Shown here piece by piece: positions 42,994-53,644 of a stretch of DNA of 58,432 bases. This DNA comes from Acidobacteriota bacterium. Lineage in GTDB: Bacteria; Acidobacteriota; Blastocatellia; RBC074. Both the position numbers and the translations under genes were made by a program. The stretch is taken from positions 1-58,432 of the forward strand of contig JBDTUN010000644.1 in assembly GCA_040007715.1 (NCBI GenBank), given 5' to 3'. Within the stretch, counting starts at the first letter, position 1, and each line of letters opens with the position of its first letter. A model generated the notes under the pieces. It worked only from the letters and a program-made list of their open reading frames with translations. It searched no databases and was not told the DNA's origin.

Positions 42994-43998
42994 ATGTCAT
43001 TCTCCTCCGGGAAAATTTTGCTGTTTGGATTGCTGCTGTTTGCGGTGGCGTCGGTGCCTGCGCAGGAACCTCGATCTTCGCCGGGCGAAGCCATCAAGAT
43101 CAACACCGACCTGGTTGTGCTGGACGCGCAGATTCTGCGCAAAAAAGACGGCGCGGTTGTCAGCGCACTCCGGCGCGAAGAGTTGATGCTTTACGAAGAC
43201 GGCGTCCGGCAGGAGATCACGCATTTCAGCCAGGACAAACTGCCGCTGTCAATCCTGCTGCTGCTGGACCTGAGCGCCAGCGTCAAACCTGTCATCGAAG
43301 AGATTCGCAACGGCGCGCTTGAAGCCTTGCGCCAATTGCGGCCCGAAGACGAAGTCGCGCTGATGGCCTTTGCCGATAAAACCGATTTGCTTCACGATTT
43401 CACCAAAGACCGCAAGGCGGTTGTAAATCAGGTCAGCCGCGTGCTGGAAAAGCGCTTCGTGGGCGTCGGCACGTCGCTGCATACGGCCCTGTACGATGCC
43501 GCATTGCAGATGGATCATGCGACCAATCCTCTGAGCCGCCGCGTCATCATTGCCGTCACCGACAACATTGCTACGATGCATCGCTTCACCAATCCGACCA
43601 TCGCCGAAGTCAATGAACGCTTGCTGGATCACAGCAGCGTCGTCTGCGGATTGGTGGTGGGCGGCGCAACGTCGAAGACGCTCAACATCTTCCTGCGCGA
43701 CCACAAAGACGTTTATAACTGGAAGGTCAAAGTTGATGATTTCGCCGAACCGACCGGCGGCGAAGTGATGAACACCAATGCGCAGGATGTAAATCAAAAG
43801 CTGGGCGAAATGATCGCTCACCTGCGCGTGCGCTACAGCCTTGGTTATACGCCGCCAGCAACCTCCGCCGACGGGCGCTTTCGCCACATCAAGCTGATGG
43901 TCGTGGATGATGTGCAGAAACGGGAAGGGCCGATTGTCATCAAAACCAGACAGGGCTACTTCGCGCGCCAACGCCAAACGATACAAAAACCTGATTGA
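42994..43998 (+). CDS. VWA domain protein (acidobacterial VWFA-related family), secreted
   Basis: Signal peptide; IKINTDLVVLD, LYEDGVRQEI..F, MIDAS DLSAS, TGG, YSLGY.P, R.GYFA. Confidence 0.88.
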   Translation: MSFSSGKILLFGLLLFAVASVPAQEPRSSPGEAIKINTDLVVLDAQILRKKDGAVVSALRREELMLYEDGVRQEITHFSQDKLPLSILLLLDLSASVKPVIEEIRNGALEALRQLRPEDEVALMAFADKTDLLHDFTKDRKAVVNQVSRVLEKRFVGVGTSLHTALYDAALQMDHATNPLSRRVIIAVTDNIATMHRFTNPTIAEVNERLLDHSSVVCGLVVGGATSKTLNIFLRDHKDVYNWKVKVDDFAEPTGGEVMNTNAQDVNQKLGEMIAHLRVRYSLGYTPPATSADGRFRHIKLMVVDDVQKREGPIVIKTRQGYFARQRQTIQKPD

Positions 43999-44208
43999 GA
44001 AACGGGGCTGTCGCACAGACCGAAATTACCTTGTAAGTGCTGCCATCTATCTGGCGCAGATCACTTGGCGTGATTGGCACAGGCTTGCAAACCTTCCCAA
44101 AATCCTCAGCTACGACTGGAAAGTTAGCGGATTGGGAATTGGAAATTGGACATCGAGATTCCGGCGAGGAAGTCCGCCTCCCTGTTCATCAATGGCCAAT
44201 TTCCGGGC

Positions 44209-44316
44209 AACGCTGGGCCGGTTTGCCTGTAACCTTCCAAGTCGTATACGGAAAGTGCTTCAGAACCAGAACCTCCTGTAACGCTGGGCCGGTTTGCCTG
44301 TAACCTTCCAAGTCGT
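44209..44316. repeat. 37-bp direct repeat x2 separated by a 34-bp spacer
   Basis: AACGCTGGGCCGGTTTGCCTGTAACCTTCCAAGTCGT at 44209-44245 and 44280-44316. Confidence 0.9.
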
Positions 44317-44620
44317 GCTCAGCGGCATTTTTTTTCCTCCTTGTCTAAAATTGAACAGAAACCAATCTCAAGTCAGCCTATCCTGTGAATGTAAGTAAGA
44401 GAGCAGAAACATGCCGTCTGATTATGAAATCGAAATAGTCTTATAGAGTCAGAAGCAGCGAGCCGATGACATCTTGAAATGAATCAATCCGGGTTGGCAT
44501 TCGGTCTGGGAAGATACTGAAGACTAAAGGATATTCAGAGAATCGGAGATGAATCGTTTGGGGAGACAGTTCATCTCTGTACCGGGGTGGAATTCATAAT
44601 GTATGAATTCGACCCCCTTT

Positions 44621-44671
44621 GGGTGGGAGATCACAAGCGAGGGGTGCTGATCTTCCACCCATTTTACTTTT
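44621..44671 (+). terminator. Intrinsic terminator closing an orphan hairpin array
   Basis: GGGTGGGAGATCA / TGATCTTCCACCC stem followed by ATTTTACTTTT. Confidence 0.65.
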
Positions 44672-44944
44672 GCCGCTAATTAGGCTTTTCGGAATTGTTC
44701 AACTACTCGGCAGCGCCCAGGGTTTTACTGGCAGTGACTCAGCAACTGCAAATACGTCATAAATTGATTGACGCTCTCCTTAAGCCTGCCAACGGCGAAC
44801 TCTACTATAAGCTAATTGAAAGAATTATATGCAATATGCCCAATGAGATTGTGGAGCGGCATTTCGGGGTCTACATCAACCATTACTTGGAACGGTGAAA
44901 TAAGCCGAAGGATGAGAATCCACGGCAGGTTACAGGAAACAGAG

Positions 44945-45331
44945 ATGGAAGAAATAATCAAAACAGGGACGATACTAATTGCCGAGGGAGCCATTTTGCC
45001 GGAGTCCATGCAGCTTGTAAGCGAGCCTTATGCTTACGGATGGCGGCTGGTCAAAAACCTGGATAGTAAAGGTTTCAATCAGATCATCACCCAGGCGGGT
45101 TGGAACTTTATCAACCTCGCAGGCGCGATTGAAACGAACGCCTTTGGCAGCGATGAAAAAAAGACCACGCGTAAGGCCATCAAACAGGTCATAGCGAAAC
45201 TGAGATCGAAAAATTTTAACTGCCTGGAAATTACTCTGGTCGCCGCGAAACGATCACTGGGATTGCCCTATGTGAGCGTTTCCGCCTACTCGCGGCATAT
45301 TCAAAAGAGCATGATTCTTTCAGGTGACTAG
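44945..45331 (+). CDS. Conserved hypothetical protein (128 aa)
   Basis: Protein-like alpha/beta sequence from ATG 44945 (IKTGTILI.EG..LPE...GWRLVK.LD...AGW.F..LAG...FN.LEIT...LGLPYVSVSA.SRHIQ); function not recognised. Confidence 0.65.
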   Translation: MEEIIKTGTILIAEGAILPESMQLVSEPYAYGWRLVKNLDSKGFNQIITQAGWNFINLAGAIETNAFGSDEKKTTRKAIKQVIAKLRSKNFNCLEITLVAAKRSLGLPYVSVSAYSRHIQKSMILSGD

Positions 45332-45696
45332 AAGATTGTGGAGGCTTTGCACAAATTGTTCGTTCTGAAGAAACTGCGACGCAGGCGAAATGTGCAAATC
45401 ACTTTGTTTGGTAAAGCAGTATCTTAAGCAGTCGGGAAGGGCCATAGTCACTCTCGAAGTTTGGGGCTAGTAGGAATTAGCGGACCAAGTCGTCCGGCGA
45501 TTCCATCCCTTGCTAGTTCCAAATCTCGGAATCAGCCCAATGAAACCACATCCGCAATTTTGCAGTGATATCACAGTCATAGGACCGGAGATGGAAGCGA
45601 CAATCGGTCGAAGGCAGTTTGTGCAAAACCGATTGCGGAATAGGATCGCGTGTCGGCTGTGATTGAAACCAAGCGCAAAGAACATAGAGGAGAAAA

Positions 45697-45921
45697 ATGT
45701 CAAAAAGAACTGGTGACAAATCCAGAGCAAATCGGCAACAAAAGCATAAAATGCTTATGCGGAAGCACAGCCGGGAATTGGGAAAGCCCTTGGAGAAGGC
45801 AATCGCGCCAAGCCCTACTGAAGATGGAAGTCAGGCTGTTTCAAGCCGGTTGCGCCAATTGATGGTGGATGGCAAGGCCGATCCGACTGCCTTGGAAATT
45901 GTTGTGTCCCAATCTCCATAG
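45697..45921 (+). CDS. Small basic hypothetical protein
   Basis: Strong SD GAGGAG before the ATG; Lys/Arg-rich N-terminus MSKRTGDKSRANRQQKHK. Confidence 0.55.
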   Translation: MSKRTGDKSRANRQQKHKMLMRKHSRELGKPLEKAIAPSPTEDGSQAVSSRLRQLMVDGKADPTALEIVVSQSP

Positions 45922-46330
45922 GGAGCTGCAAATGATTAACGCCGGCATCCTGGCAATTTCAATTTTTACAACGGGGAGCTTTCCCGCATGGTGGTGAATT
46001 ATGACCGTGAGCGAACCGAAGGAATGAGGGATGAATGCCTGATTGATTCCGTTTCGGCAAAGTATGGTCCCGGCGCTGAGATTATGCTTTAACCAACCCA
46101 GATTTAGGATGAGCAATATTCCGTCAATCTCTATCAGTCCTCTATCCAGTCTACTTTTGGTCTGGTAGTGTACTCGAAGCGTTTGGACGCTCTGGCACAA
46201 ACTGCTCAGGAAGCTCCTCAAATAAGAGAGGGCGCGTCAAAGGAAAAAAGGCGTTGAAGACCGCATCCAGCAAGAGAAAGCTCGGCGAGCCAACAAAACT
46301 CCATTTCCCCCATAGGCTGCTTTTCTATAA

Positions 46331-48019
<1,689 letters not shown>

Positions 48020-48029
48020 TGCCCTTCTT

Positions 48030-48073
48030 TCGTGAAGCGCCGGGCAGGCTGGCATTACCCGGCGCCTCACGAG
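48030..48073 (+). other. Stable hairpin between groEL and the STAS gene
   Basis: CGTGA-AGCGCCGGG ... CCCGGCGC-CTCACG inverted repeat; no U-tract. Confidence 0.5.
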
Positions 48074-48106
48074 GGCATGATCGAATGAGCAGGGAGCGTC
48101 ATACCG

Positions 48107-48490
48107 ATGAATTTCAATGAACGCACGTTAAATGACGTTACCGTCCTGGACATGGACGGTAATCTGGTGCGGGAAGAAAACGCTCAATTCAGAACGCGCG
48201 TCACCGCAGCCATTAATGCCGGCGCTCGCAAGCTGATCTTAAACCTGGCAGGCGTCTCGCACATGGACAGCAGCGGGCTGGGTGAACTCATCTCTTGCTA
48301 TACCTCCATGCAAAAATTAGGCGGCAGCATTAAGCTACTCAGCCCGAACCACCGCCTGCAAAATCTGCTGGTAATCACGAAGCTCAATACCGTGTTTGAG
48401 ACCTTCGACTCCGAGTCAGCCGCAATCGCCAGCTTTGCCAACCTCAGCGGAGCAGGATTGCAACATGCCAGTGCAGCACAGCAACTGTAG
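48107..48490 (+). CDS. STAS domain anti-sigma-factor antagonist
   Basis: VTVLDMDGNL...KLILNLAGVSHMDSSGLGELI...L.ITKL..VF; the phosphorylatable Ser in DSSG is present. Confidence 0.92.
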   Translation: MNFNERTLNDVTVLDMDGNLVREENAQFRTRVTAAINAGARKLILNLAGVSHMDSSGLGELISCYTSMQKLGGSIKLLSPNHRLQNLLVITKLNTVFETFDSESAAIASFANLSGAGLQHASAAQQL

Positions 48491-48735
48491 CGCATATGTG
48501 TGAATACAATGGTTTTCTGTGAGTTATGTGTGCTCCGGCAGTCTGACAAGCAATGTTACAAAGGGAACACCATCCCAAAGAAAATGCGATGCACGGATTT
48601 CGCCTCTGGGATCGAGCGTTTTTGCGCAACGCAAACGGATTATGCAGGGCGAAATCAGATCGGCCAGATGGCGTCATTTTTTGGTCTCAAGGGAAAGGAG
48701 CTCAAGCAAGTGCTTGCGCTAAGCGAGGTCTAAAA

Positions 48736-48906
48736 GTGAGTCTCAAAGCGATGGTGCGCATCGGCATATTGATAGGATCAACCGTGGGAGGATATATTCC
48801 GGTGATCTGGGGAGCAGAGATGCTCTCATTAAGCTCTCTCTTCGGTAGCCTTCTCGGTGGGCTTCTCGGCGTCTGGATTGCATATAAAATTGATCAGCGC
48901 TTTTGA
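48736..48906 (+). CDS. Small membrane protein (56 aa)
   Basis: GTG start after GAGGT; Gly-rich two-TM pattern IGSTVGGYIPVIWGA...SLFGSLLGGLLGVWIAYKI. Confidence 0.65.
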   Translation: MSLKAMVRIGILIGSTVGGYIPVIWGAEMLSLSSLFGSLLGGLLGVWIAYKIDQRF

Positions 48907-49251
48907 CGTTACCGCGTCTTCCATCCTTCTTACCCGGCCGCGCGTCGTTGCAGGCCCCAAATTTCTCCTTCCTTCTTGCGGTTATCCCAGCAAAAGCTTA
49001 TAACAGCGCCCATTCTTGGCTAACAAAAGGCTTGAGTACTTGGCGGGCCGAAATCATCAAAATCGGAGGTTGAACCGTGCCGCGATTATCCCAATTGTCG
49101 CAAGTTCGCATTGATCAACAGCCCCTGGCTCGCTGCTGTTTTCTGCGTGCAGCCCGATTCTTTTGGCAACGCGATGCGCAACAGTCCGAAGGTGCGCGCC
49201 TGCTTCAAGCCGAATGAAAATATCTGAAAGCTTCAACCACGGAGAAACAAA

Positions 49252-50442
49252 ATGAATAGTAAAAAGACTCAGGCAAGCTCAAATCAGAATCTGGTAGTTA
49301 AACCGACCCCATCGGAATATTTCATTTATCGTGGCGCCGGGTCGCGAGAAATGAATTGGGGACAGATAGATGGTAGCAATTACTTCGTAACCAATGATCG
49401 TTTTTACGTTCATAATCGTAGCTTGCCTCCACAGATTGATGTTGCAAGCTGGGAGCTTCAGGTAACCGGGCCTGGTATCGCACTCTCTCCTCAGGTAATC
49501 ACCTACGAGGATATTTTGAATCTGCCGCCGGTTTTTATGATCAAGGCAATGGTCTGCGGGGCAGACGGACGAGGTTTTTATCCCAAGCTGCCTCCGGTTG
49601 GCTCGCCCTCGGTTGGCAACGATTACGTCAAATGGCGGCCAATCGCCGGCTCGGAATGGCAATACGGCGCGATGGGAATGGCTGAATGGACCGGCGTTCT
49701 TATCTCGGACGTGCTGGAGTTGGCCGGGCTGAAGAAAGACGTAGCCAAATCTTTGTTAATCCAAGGACTCGATTCAGTTGAATATAGCCACGCCATACCT
49801 ATAGACAAGGCGCTGGCGGATGATAGCTTGCTTGTGTACAAGATGAATGGAGAACCCTTGCCGATAGATCATGGTTATCCGATTCGTGCCTTCATTTCAG
49901 GCTGGGGAGCGAACTCCAACGTGAAATGGGTTGGAGGCCTGGAAGTATCCGACAAACCGGTAACTCTTGATAACCTGCCAAAATGGCAGAAGACTCAAAT
50001 CCTGACTGGCCCTGATTACCCTGAGCCGGTCATCGTGACCGTCCAGAATGTGAAGAGCACATTCGAGCTTGATTGGAATAGTTCGCTACAGGGAGGCTTG
50101 AACCTGCTTCACGGACGAGCTTGGTCAGGCACTGGAACCATCGAAAAGGTCGAGGTCAAGATTGAAAAAATGGATGAAGATCACAAATGGCAGCCCATCT
50201 GGGACCCTCAGTGGAGACAATCCAGGTTTGTACCATCCGAACCAGTGCTTCCGCAGTCGTGGGTGCGATGGCAGATAGAATGGGAAGCCGAGGAAGGTTA
50301 TTACCGCCTGATGTCCAAGGCAACGAATAACACAGGAGAAACTCAACCGGCTCCTGATGAAGTCCCCTGGAATCAGAGCGGCTTGCTTTACAACGGTCAC
50401 GTCGGGCTTCCGGTCGTAGTAACTCCGCAGCCACACTGTTAA
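49252..50442 (+). CDS. Sulfite oxidase-family molybdopterin oxidoreductase
   Basis: FYVHNR, Mo-ligand Cys in MVCGADGR, AEWTGV, YKMNGEPLPIDHGYPIR, NVKWV, HGRAWSG, VPWN..G.LYN; SD GGAG. Confidence 0.88.
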   Translation: MNSKKTQASSNQNLVVKPTPSEYFIYRGAGSREMNWGQIDGSNYFVTNDRFYVHNRSLPPQIDVASWELQVTGPGIALSPQVITYEDILNLPPVFMIKAMVCGADGRGFYPKLPPVGSPSVGNDYVKWRPIAGSEWQYGAMGMAEWTGVLISDVLELAGLKKDVAKSLLIQGLDSVEYSHAIPIDKALADDSLLVYKMNGEPLPIDHGYPIRAFISGWGANSNVKWVGGLEVSDKPVTLDNLPKWQKTQILTGPDYPEPVIVTVQNVKSTFELDWNSSLQGGLNLLHGRAWSGTGTIEKVEVKIEKMDEDHKWQPIWDPQWRQSRFVPSEPVLPQSWVRWQIEWEAEEGYYRLMSKATNNTGETQPAPDEVPWNQSGLLYNGHVGLPVVVTPQPHC

Positions 50443-50465
50443 TCGTGTTGTTGAAAATAAACCTT

Positions 50466-51161
50466 ATGAGTAACTCACAGACTGTTATAGGCATACCAAT
50501 CTACCCGAATGCGAATCTGCTCGACATCACTGGGCCTTATCAGGTATTTGCTACTTCGTTTTGGAAAACGAAAGTGTACCTTGTGGCCGCGAACGATGCG
50601 CCTGTCAGAACTCTTGAGGGAGCAAGGCTTGTTCCCGATGTAACCTTTGCGGAGTGCCCGCAGTTGGACGTGCTGTTTGTACCTGGCGGGCCCGGCCAGG
50701 TTGAAATGATGACTGATGCCGAGTACCTGGGCTTTCTCAAACGGCAGGCAGAGTCGGCGCAATATGTAACTTCGGTTTGCACGGGAGCGTTGCTGCTGGC
50801 CGCCGCCGGGCTTCTGGATGGCTACAAAGCTACAACGCACTGGGCTTCAAAAGTATGTCTGGAGTTATTCCCTGAGATTGAAGTAATGCCCGGCTATCCG
50901 CGCTTCGTGGTTGATAGAAATCGAATTACTGGTGGCGGCGTTTCTTCGGGGATTGATGAGGCATTACAGATAGCCAGTATTATTGCGGGGCGGGAAGCGG
51001 CTGAAAGCATTCAGTTGTTTCTACAGTATGCCCCCGATCCACCGTTTAATGCAGGCAACCCTGCTACTGCCTCAAGTTCGGTCTACGATGAAGCCTGGAC
51101 AAGGCTAAGGCCAACGCAGTTGGAACGCATCCGGCAGATCGTGAAGATCATATACGGGTGA
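50466..51161 (+). CDS. DJ-1/PfpI family protein (isonitrile hydratase InhA-like)
   Basis: LDITGPYQVF, LDVLFVPGGPG, TSVCTGALLL, ATTHW, TGGGVSSGID, LQYAPDPPFNAG.P. Confidence 0.88.
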   Translation: MSNSQTVIGIPIYPNANLLDITGPYQVFATSFWKTKVYLVAANDAPVRTLEGARLVPDVTFAECPQLDVLFVPGGPGQVEMMTDAEYLGFLKRQAESAQYVTSVCTGALLLAAAGLLDGYKATTHWASKVCLELFPEIEVMPGYPRFVVDRNRITGGGVSSGIDEALQIASIIAGREAAESIQLFLQYAPDPPFNAGNPATASSSVYDEAWTRLRPTQLERIRQIVKIIYG

Positions 51162-51229
51162 ATTGAGTATCCATCTCGTTAGGCTACAGTCGGATTTTCA
51201 CGTTGGAGGCGATAAACTCGGAGAATGAC

Positions 51230-51859
51230 ATGAACACTTCACACTGGGTCGACGTCCTCGCTAAGCTCGCAACGCCCACAATTGCGGCATTTAGCGCTAT
51301 CTATGTCTACCTCCAATACAGGCGAGCACAGCGTTGGAAAGCCACTGATCTTGCCGCATGTCTTCTGGAGAAGCTGGAGACTGATCCGGCTCTCTTGTTG
51401 GCATGCCATGCGCTTGACTGGGGGGTTGGCCCGCTGCTCATTCCTGAGCAATATCAACCGCTCTTTCCTCGAGATGCTTCAGGAGAATATCCGGGCATTA
51501 TGCAACACGATGTTAAAGTACTATTGCTCGCACTTGAGCCACAGTTGAATAAGCATACCTTGGATGATCCAAGAGGTCTGGTCTACCGGCTTTGTTTTAT
51601 CAAGCTATTCAACCATCTGAACAATATATTCACATTGCTAAAGGGCGGGCAACTCCAGATAAAGGAGATAGCTGGCCTTAAGTACTGGGTGGAAAAGCTA
51701 TATAACTATCCGTACGCCCCATTAGAAAATAGGGCACACTTGTTCCAACCTGCCCTGGAAGCCTGGGACTATGCCGATGTCGCCAGGCTTGCAAAAGAGT
51801 TTGACATTGCGTGTAGCGCAACAAAGCCGGAAGCTCAACAATGTTCAGTAAAAACTTGA
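51230..51859 (+). CDS. Hypothetical protein with an N-terminal TM anchor
   Basis: SD GGAG; single hydrophobic helix (LATPTIAAFSAIYVYLQY) followed by a helical soluble domain. Confidence 0.65.
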   Translation: MNTSHWVDVLAKLATPTIAAFSAIYVYLQYRRAQRWKATDLAACLLEKLETDPALLLACHALDWGVGPLLIPEQYQPLFPRDASGEYPGIMQHDVKVLLLALEPQLNKHTLDDPRGLVYRLCFIKLFNHLNNIFTLLKGGQLQIKEIAGLKYWVEKLYNYPYAPLENRAHLFQPALEAWDYADVARLAKEFDIACSATKPEAQQCSVKT

Positions 51860-51980
51860 TTGAGAGCGCTCATTGCATCATCGTTATGCAACGAAGCTTA
51901 ACCGCCTGCTCTCTGGTCTTATGCCTGCGTCATGGCGTAAGCTTCGCCGCGTCAGCAATCATCTTGGGGAGAATAAAATC

Positions 51981-53558
51981 ATGAGTGTAAGATTCTTGAA
52001 TCATCTGCAAAGCGCAGGTTTGGCCGACCCGTTGCCGGATAGTGAAGCGAATCGCCTGGCGGCGGAGTTGGACGAATTGACCGGCAAACAGGTTTACGCG
52101 CGTTCGATTACGGCGACGCATAATGCGCTTCTGTTTCTGGGACGGGATCGGGGTCAAAAATGGTTGGGAATTCTGGCGGCGGATTCCAATCTGCACCGGA
52201 AGTTTGATGGGATTCCGGCGGAAGTCCTGCTGGGCAAACAAACCTTGTTCCTGACAATGTGCGAAACATCGCCGGCAAATGCCGAAGTGCTGCGGTCGGT
52301 CTTGCCGTTCCTGATTCCGACGACGCTGGGATTGAAGAAGTCCGCTGGATGCGGCGACCGCTTGGGACTGGCGACGCCCGGTCATATCCACGCGATTCGC
52401 CATTCGACAATGGCGCCGATTCTGGCTCAGCAATCCATACGCGAAAATGCCCGCACGGGCCGCACGCCGCAGCAGGTGATGGACGATGCCTTATGGGGAA
52501 TCTTTCAGGAAGGCTGGCGCGGAGGTTTCGGCGCGGATGCCGACCATTTGAAGAACACCGACGACATTGATTCGTGCGCGGCAGCGGGCTTTACCTTCTA
52601 CACGATTGACCCCGGCGAGCACGTGGACAACGAAGCCAACACCGCCCCCGTTGAAGTCTTGAAAGAGAAAATTGCCGCGCTGGATTGGGCGGCGCTGGAA
52701 TCAAGCTGGGAAGCAACGCAGGCCGCGCTCAGCAAGAAAATTGATCTCGGCGATTTCAGCCTGGCGATCAGCGAAGAAGAGTTGCTGCGCTCAGCAGCGA
52801 AGTATGGCCGCGTTGTCGCTCACACCGTCAAGATGTATCGCCACCTGGAAAAGGTGATGAACGGAAAGCCGTTCGAGCTTGAGATGAGCGTTGACGAAAC
52901 CGAAACCGTCACGACGCTGGCCGAACACATCTACATCGCGCACGAACTGAAGCGGCTGGGCGTCAAATGGGTCAGCCTGGCACCGCGTTACGTCGGCGAT
53001 TTTGAAAAGGGCGTGGATTACATCGGCGACCTGAACGAATTTGAAAAATCCTTCTCGCAGCATCTGGCCGTGTCGAAAACCTTCGGGCCGTACAAGCTCA
53101 GCTTGCACTCAGGCTCGGACAAATTCAGCGTCTACCCGATTGCTTCGCGCGTAGCGGGCGAACTGGTGCATCTGAAGACCGCCGGAACCAGCTATCTGGA
53201 AGCCCTGCGCGCCATCGGCAAAGTCAATCCGGCTCTTTTTCGTCAGATTGTGGCATTTGCCAAAGATCGTTACCCGATTGACCGCGCCAGCTATCACGTA
53301 TCGGCGGAAGTTGAAAAGATGCCGAATGCTGGCGACGTGAATGCATTGCCGAGCGACAAGCTGACGACACTGCTTGACGACTTTCACGCACGCGAGATTC
53401 TGCACGTGACGTTTGGTTCGGTGCTGCATCATCCTGACTTCCGCGAACCGTTCTTCGCCACGCTGCGCCAGCACGAAGGCGTTTATTACGAAATGCTCGA
53501 AACGCATTTCGGCAAACACTTTGCGCCATTCGGCGAAACTTCCGCTGCTGCAAGCTAA
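51981..53558 (+). CDS. uxaE: Tagaturonate/fructuronate epimerase (UxaE family)
   Basis: GDRLGLATPGH, AQQSIREN.RTGR, GADADHLK, E.SVDET, FEKGVDYIGD, KLSLHSGSDKFS, HLKTAGTSYLEA, LHVTFGS. Confidence 0.9.
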   Translation: MSVRFLNHLQSAGLADPLPDSEANRLAAELDELTGKQVYARSITATHNALLFLGRDRGQKWLGILAADSNLHRKFDGIPAEVLLGKQTLFLTMCETSPANAEVLRSVLPFLIPTTLGLKKSAGCGDRLGLATPGHIHAIRHSTMAPILAQQSIRENARTGRTPQQVMDDALWGIFQEGWRGGFGADADHLKNTDDIDSCAAAGFTFYTIDPGEHVDNEANTAPVEVLKEKIAALDWAALESSWEATQAALSKKIDLGDFSLAISEEELLRSAAKYGRVVAHTVKMYRHLEKVMNGKPFELEMSVDETETVTTLAEHIYIAHELKRLGVKWVSLAPRYVGDFEKGVDYIGDLNEFEKSFSQHLAVSKTFGPYKLSLHSGSDKFSVYPIASRVAGELVHLKTAGTSYLEALRAIGKVNPALFRQIVAFAKDRYPIDRASYHVSAEVEKMPNAGDVNALPSDKLTTLLDDFHAREILHVTFGSVLHHPDFREPFFATLRQHEGVYYEMLETHFGKHFAPFGETSAAAS

Positions 53559-53565
53559 AACTTGC

Positions 53566-53628
53566 CCACGAAGCCACACGAAGAAACACGAAGATAGTTC
53601 TTTCGTGAAACTTCGTGTGGCTTCGTGG
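53566..53628. repeat. REP-like palindrome with CACGAA/TTCGTG subunits
   Basis: CCACGAAGCCACACGAAG-AAACACGAAG...TTCGTG-AAA-CTTCGTGTGGCTTCGTGG. Confidence 0.85.
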
Positions 53629-53644
53629 ATGAACTTTCCAGCCA

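Noticed and set aside
44075-44090. Sigma54 promoter TGGCACAGGCTTGCAA
   Set aside because: GG-to-GC spacing is 9 nt rather than the strictly required 10.
44209-44316. Bona fide CRISPR array
   Set aside because: Only two repeats, no typical CRISPR terminal motif or hairpin, and no cas genes in the window; kept only as a repeat and a finding.
44695-44898. 67-aa plus-strand ORF
   Set aside because: TTG start with no clear SD and no recognisable family; left unannotated.
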